Source: Octopus sinensis
Taxonomy: Eukaryota
Direction of reading: 5' to 3'
Assembly: GCF_006345805.1 (NCBI RefSeq)
Contig: NC_043000.1
Location: forward strand, 20,150,001-20,214,000
DNA: 64,000 nt
The position numbers were made by a program, and so were the translations under genes. Below the pieces are notes generated by a model. The model searched no databases. It was given only the letters and a program-made list of their open reading frames with translations, and was not told where the DNA came from. Shown here in pieces: positions 61,690 to 64,000 of this stretch (the stretch's first letter is position 1; each line of letters begins with the position of its first letter).

Positions 61690-61745
61690 AACCATCACCG
61701 CCGCCGCCACCATATATCATTACCATCATCATCACCATCATCGCC

Positions 61746-61777
<32 letters not shown>

Positions 61778-61841
61778 CATCACCATCATCATTATCATCA
61801 TCATCATCATCATCACCATCATCATCATCACCACCACCACC

Positions 61842-61897
<56 letters not shown>

Positions 61898-62825
61898 TAC
61901 CGTCATATCATCACTATCACCATTACTAACTACACCAGCACCATCACTATCACCACCAGCACCACCGCTACCACCGCTGTTACTACCACTACCACCACCG
62001 ATACCATTACTATCGCCACCACCACCACCATCCCCGCTACGATCACTATCGCAACCACCAGCAACAACCACAAATAAACTCAGCGCCGCACATCCTCACC
62101 TCCACAACCATCACATTAAACCCACACAAACGTCAGTAAACACCACCACCACCATCACCACCACCATCACCACCACCATCACTACTATCACTACTATCAC
62201 TACCACTATCACCATCACCACCATCACTACCGCCACCATCACCACTATCACCAACACCACCACCATCATCACCACCACCATCACCACCATCACCACCACC
62301 ATCACCACCGCCACCATCACAACCACTACCACCGCCATCACCACTATCACCACAACCACCACCATCACCACCACCACCATCACCACCACGAACACTACCA
62401 CCACCCACATCACCACTTTCACCACTACCAGCACCACCACCTCCACCACCACCACCACCAATACCTAGAAAATTTAACATTACCACTTATACTACTGCCC
62501 AAACAACAACAACAGCAGCCAAATCTCTAAACACTATCACCACCACCACCACCACCACACCATCATATCACTACGACCACGACCACCGCAACTACACCTA
62601 CTACTACTACTGCTGCTACTACCTCTACTACTACTACTACAACTACTACTGCAGATGAAACTGCTACTACTGCAACTCCTGCTAATGCAACTTCTACTGC
62701 AGTTGCTACTACTACTACTACAACCACTTAAACTACTACTACTACTGCAGATGCTGCTACTGCTACTACAACTACTACTGCAACTACTTCTGCAGCTGCT
62801 ACTACTACTACATCTACTACTGTTG

Positions 62826-62859
<34 letters not shown>

Positions 62860-64000
62860 GCTGCTGCTGCTACTAGAACTACTACTACTGCTCTATCATC
62901 ACTACTACAAATAATAATACTAACGTCTCTACCGTTACGACTACCATCACCGCCACCACCAACACTATCACCACTACCACCACTACTTCCACTATCGGCA
63001 TTATGACTACCAACCACGACTACCACCACCACTACCACTAACAGCAACAACAAGAGTAGGAACAACAACACTGCCAACACCATCACCAACAGCATCACTA
63101 CTACCACCAACACCACAACCAATGGTACCATCGCCATTTTGGCAATTTCACTGCCTTCACTACTACCTACGCCAATACCACCATCAACAGCACCACTCCA
63201 ACAACCATAATCACCACTACCACCAATACCATCTTCAATACTGCTGCCAGAACCACCACAACCAGTAGAACTATCAATATCACCAGCACTCTGCAATCGC
63301 TACCTTCAATAGTACCACTACTACCATAACAACAACAACAATCACTAACGCCACAACTACCACCACCACTACAACTACCTCCATAGCCACCACTACCACA
63401 ACCATCACCACCACAATCGCTACCATAGCCACCACCACCAACACCACAACATCCACCGTCACCACTTCCACCACAACCACAACCAGAACCACCACCACCA
63501 CAACCACCACCACAGCAACCATCACCACCACAACCACCACCGCCACAACCACCACCACCACAACCACCACCACCACAAAACCACCACCACCACAACCACC
63601 ACCACAGCCACCACCACCAAAACCATCACAACCACCACCACCACAACCACCACCACAGCCACCACTACAACCACCATCACCACAACCAACACCACCACAA
63701 CCATCACCACCACAACCACAACAGCCACCACCACCAAAACCACCACCAACGCAACCACCACCACCACAACCACAACCACCACTACCACAATCACCATCAC
63801 AACAAACCCCACAACCTCCACAACCACCACCAATACTACTATTTCACCAATACCACCACTATCAATAGCACCCCTCCTACCACCCGTACTACTACCTCCA
63901 TCACAACCACCACCACTAGTAACAACAATAACATTGCCACCACCAATACCCACATCACTACCAACACCACCACCACCATTACCACAACCAGCACCTCCAC
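61690..64000. repeat. 2.3-kb degenerate (CAC/CAT/CTA/CAA)n trinucleotide domain
   Basis: Read directly. Triplet phase shifts repeatedly. Source of the poly-V/G/M ORFs. Confidence 0.88.

Overview
Eukaryotic, AT-rich, non-genic or deep-intronic DNA, most likely from a coleoid cephalopod (Octopus-type). This is inferred from the SINE repertoire and the extreme microsatellite load. I recognise no intact host protein-coding gene, rRNA, tRNA gene or CRISPR array, and nearly all long ORFs in the track are translations of simple repeats. The window is a nested transposon graveyard. It holds about 40 tRNA-headed SINE copies built from interchangeable head/core/tail modules (my working labels A to E). 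DNA transposons include five Tc1/mariner relics (one full length with TIRs), a pogo-like MITE and a Helitron-type element. LINE-type fragments come from the R4/Dong, CR1-group, RTE and Penelope groups. There is one 100-N assembly gap. The most interesting patterns are: (1) both copies of one SINE family sit at the same ~20-bp site of another SINE family, in opposite relative orientations and with different TSDs; (2) R4/Dong LINE fragments lie in (TAA)n arrays next to a ~558-bp non-coding element that has the same (AAT)n 3' polarity; (3) a CR1-group LINE and SINE-B share a 3' tail with a compensated stem-loop; (4) there is a twin minimal-hammerhead motif in a Penelope-like terminal repeat; (5) SINE-A dimers recur with an identical hairpin junction; (6) a duplicated ETS/Staf/CCAAT motif cluster looks like a promoter. 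Family assignments are from motif recognition by eye, not database searches, and SINE boundaries are approximate unless a TSD is quoted.
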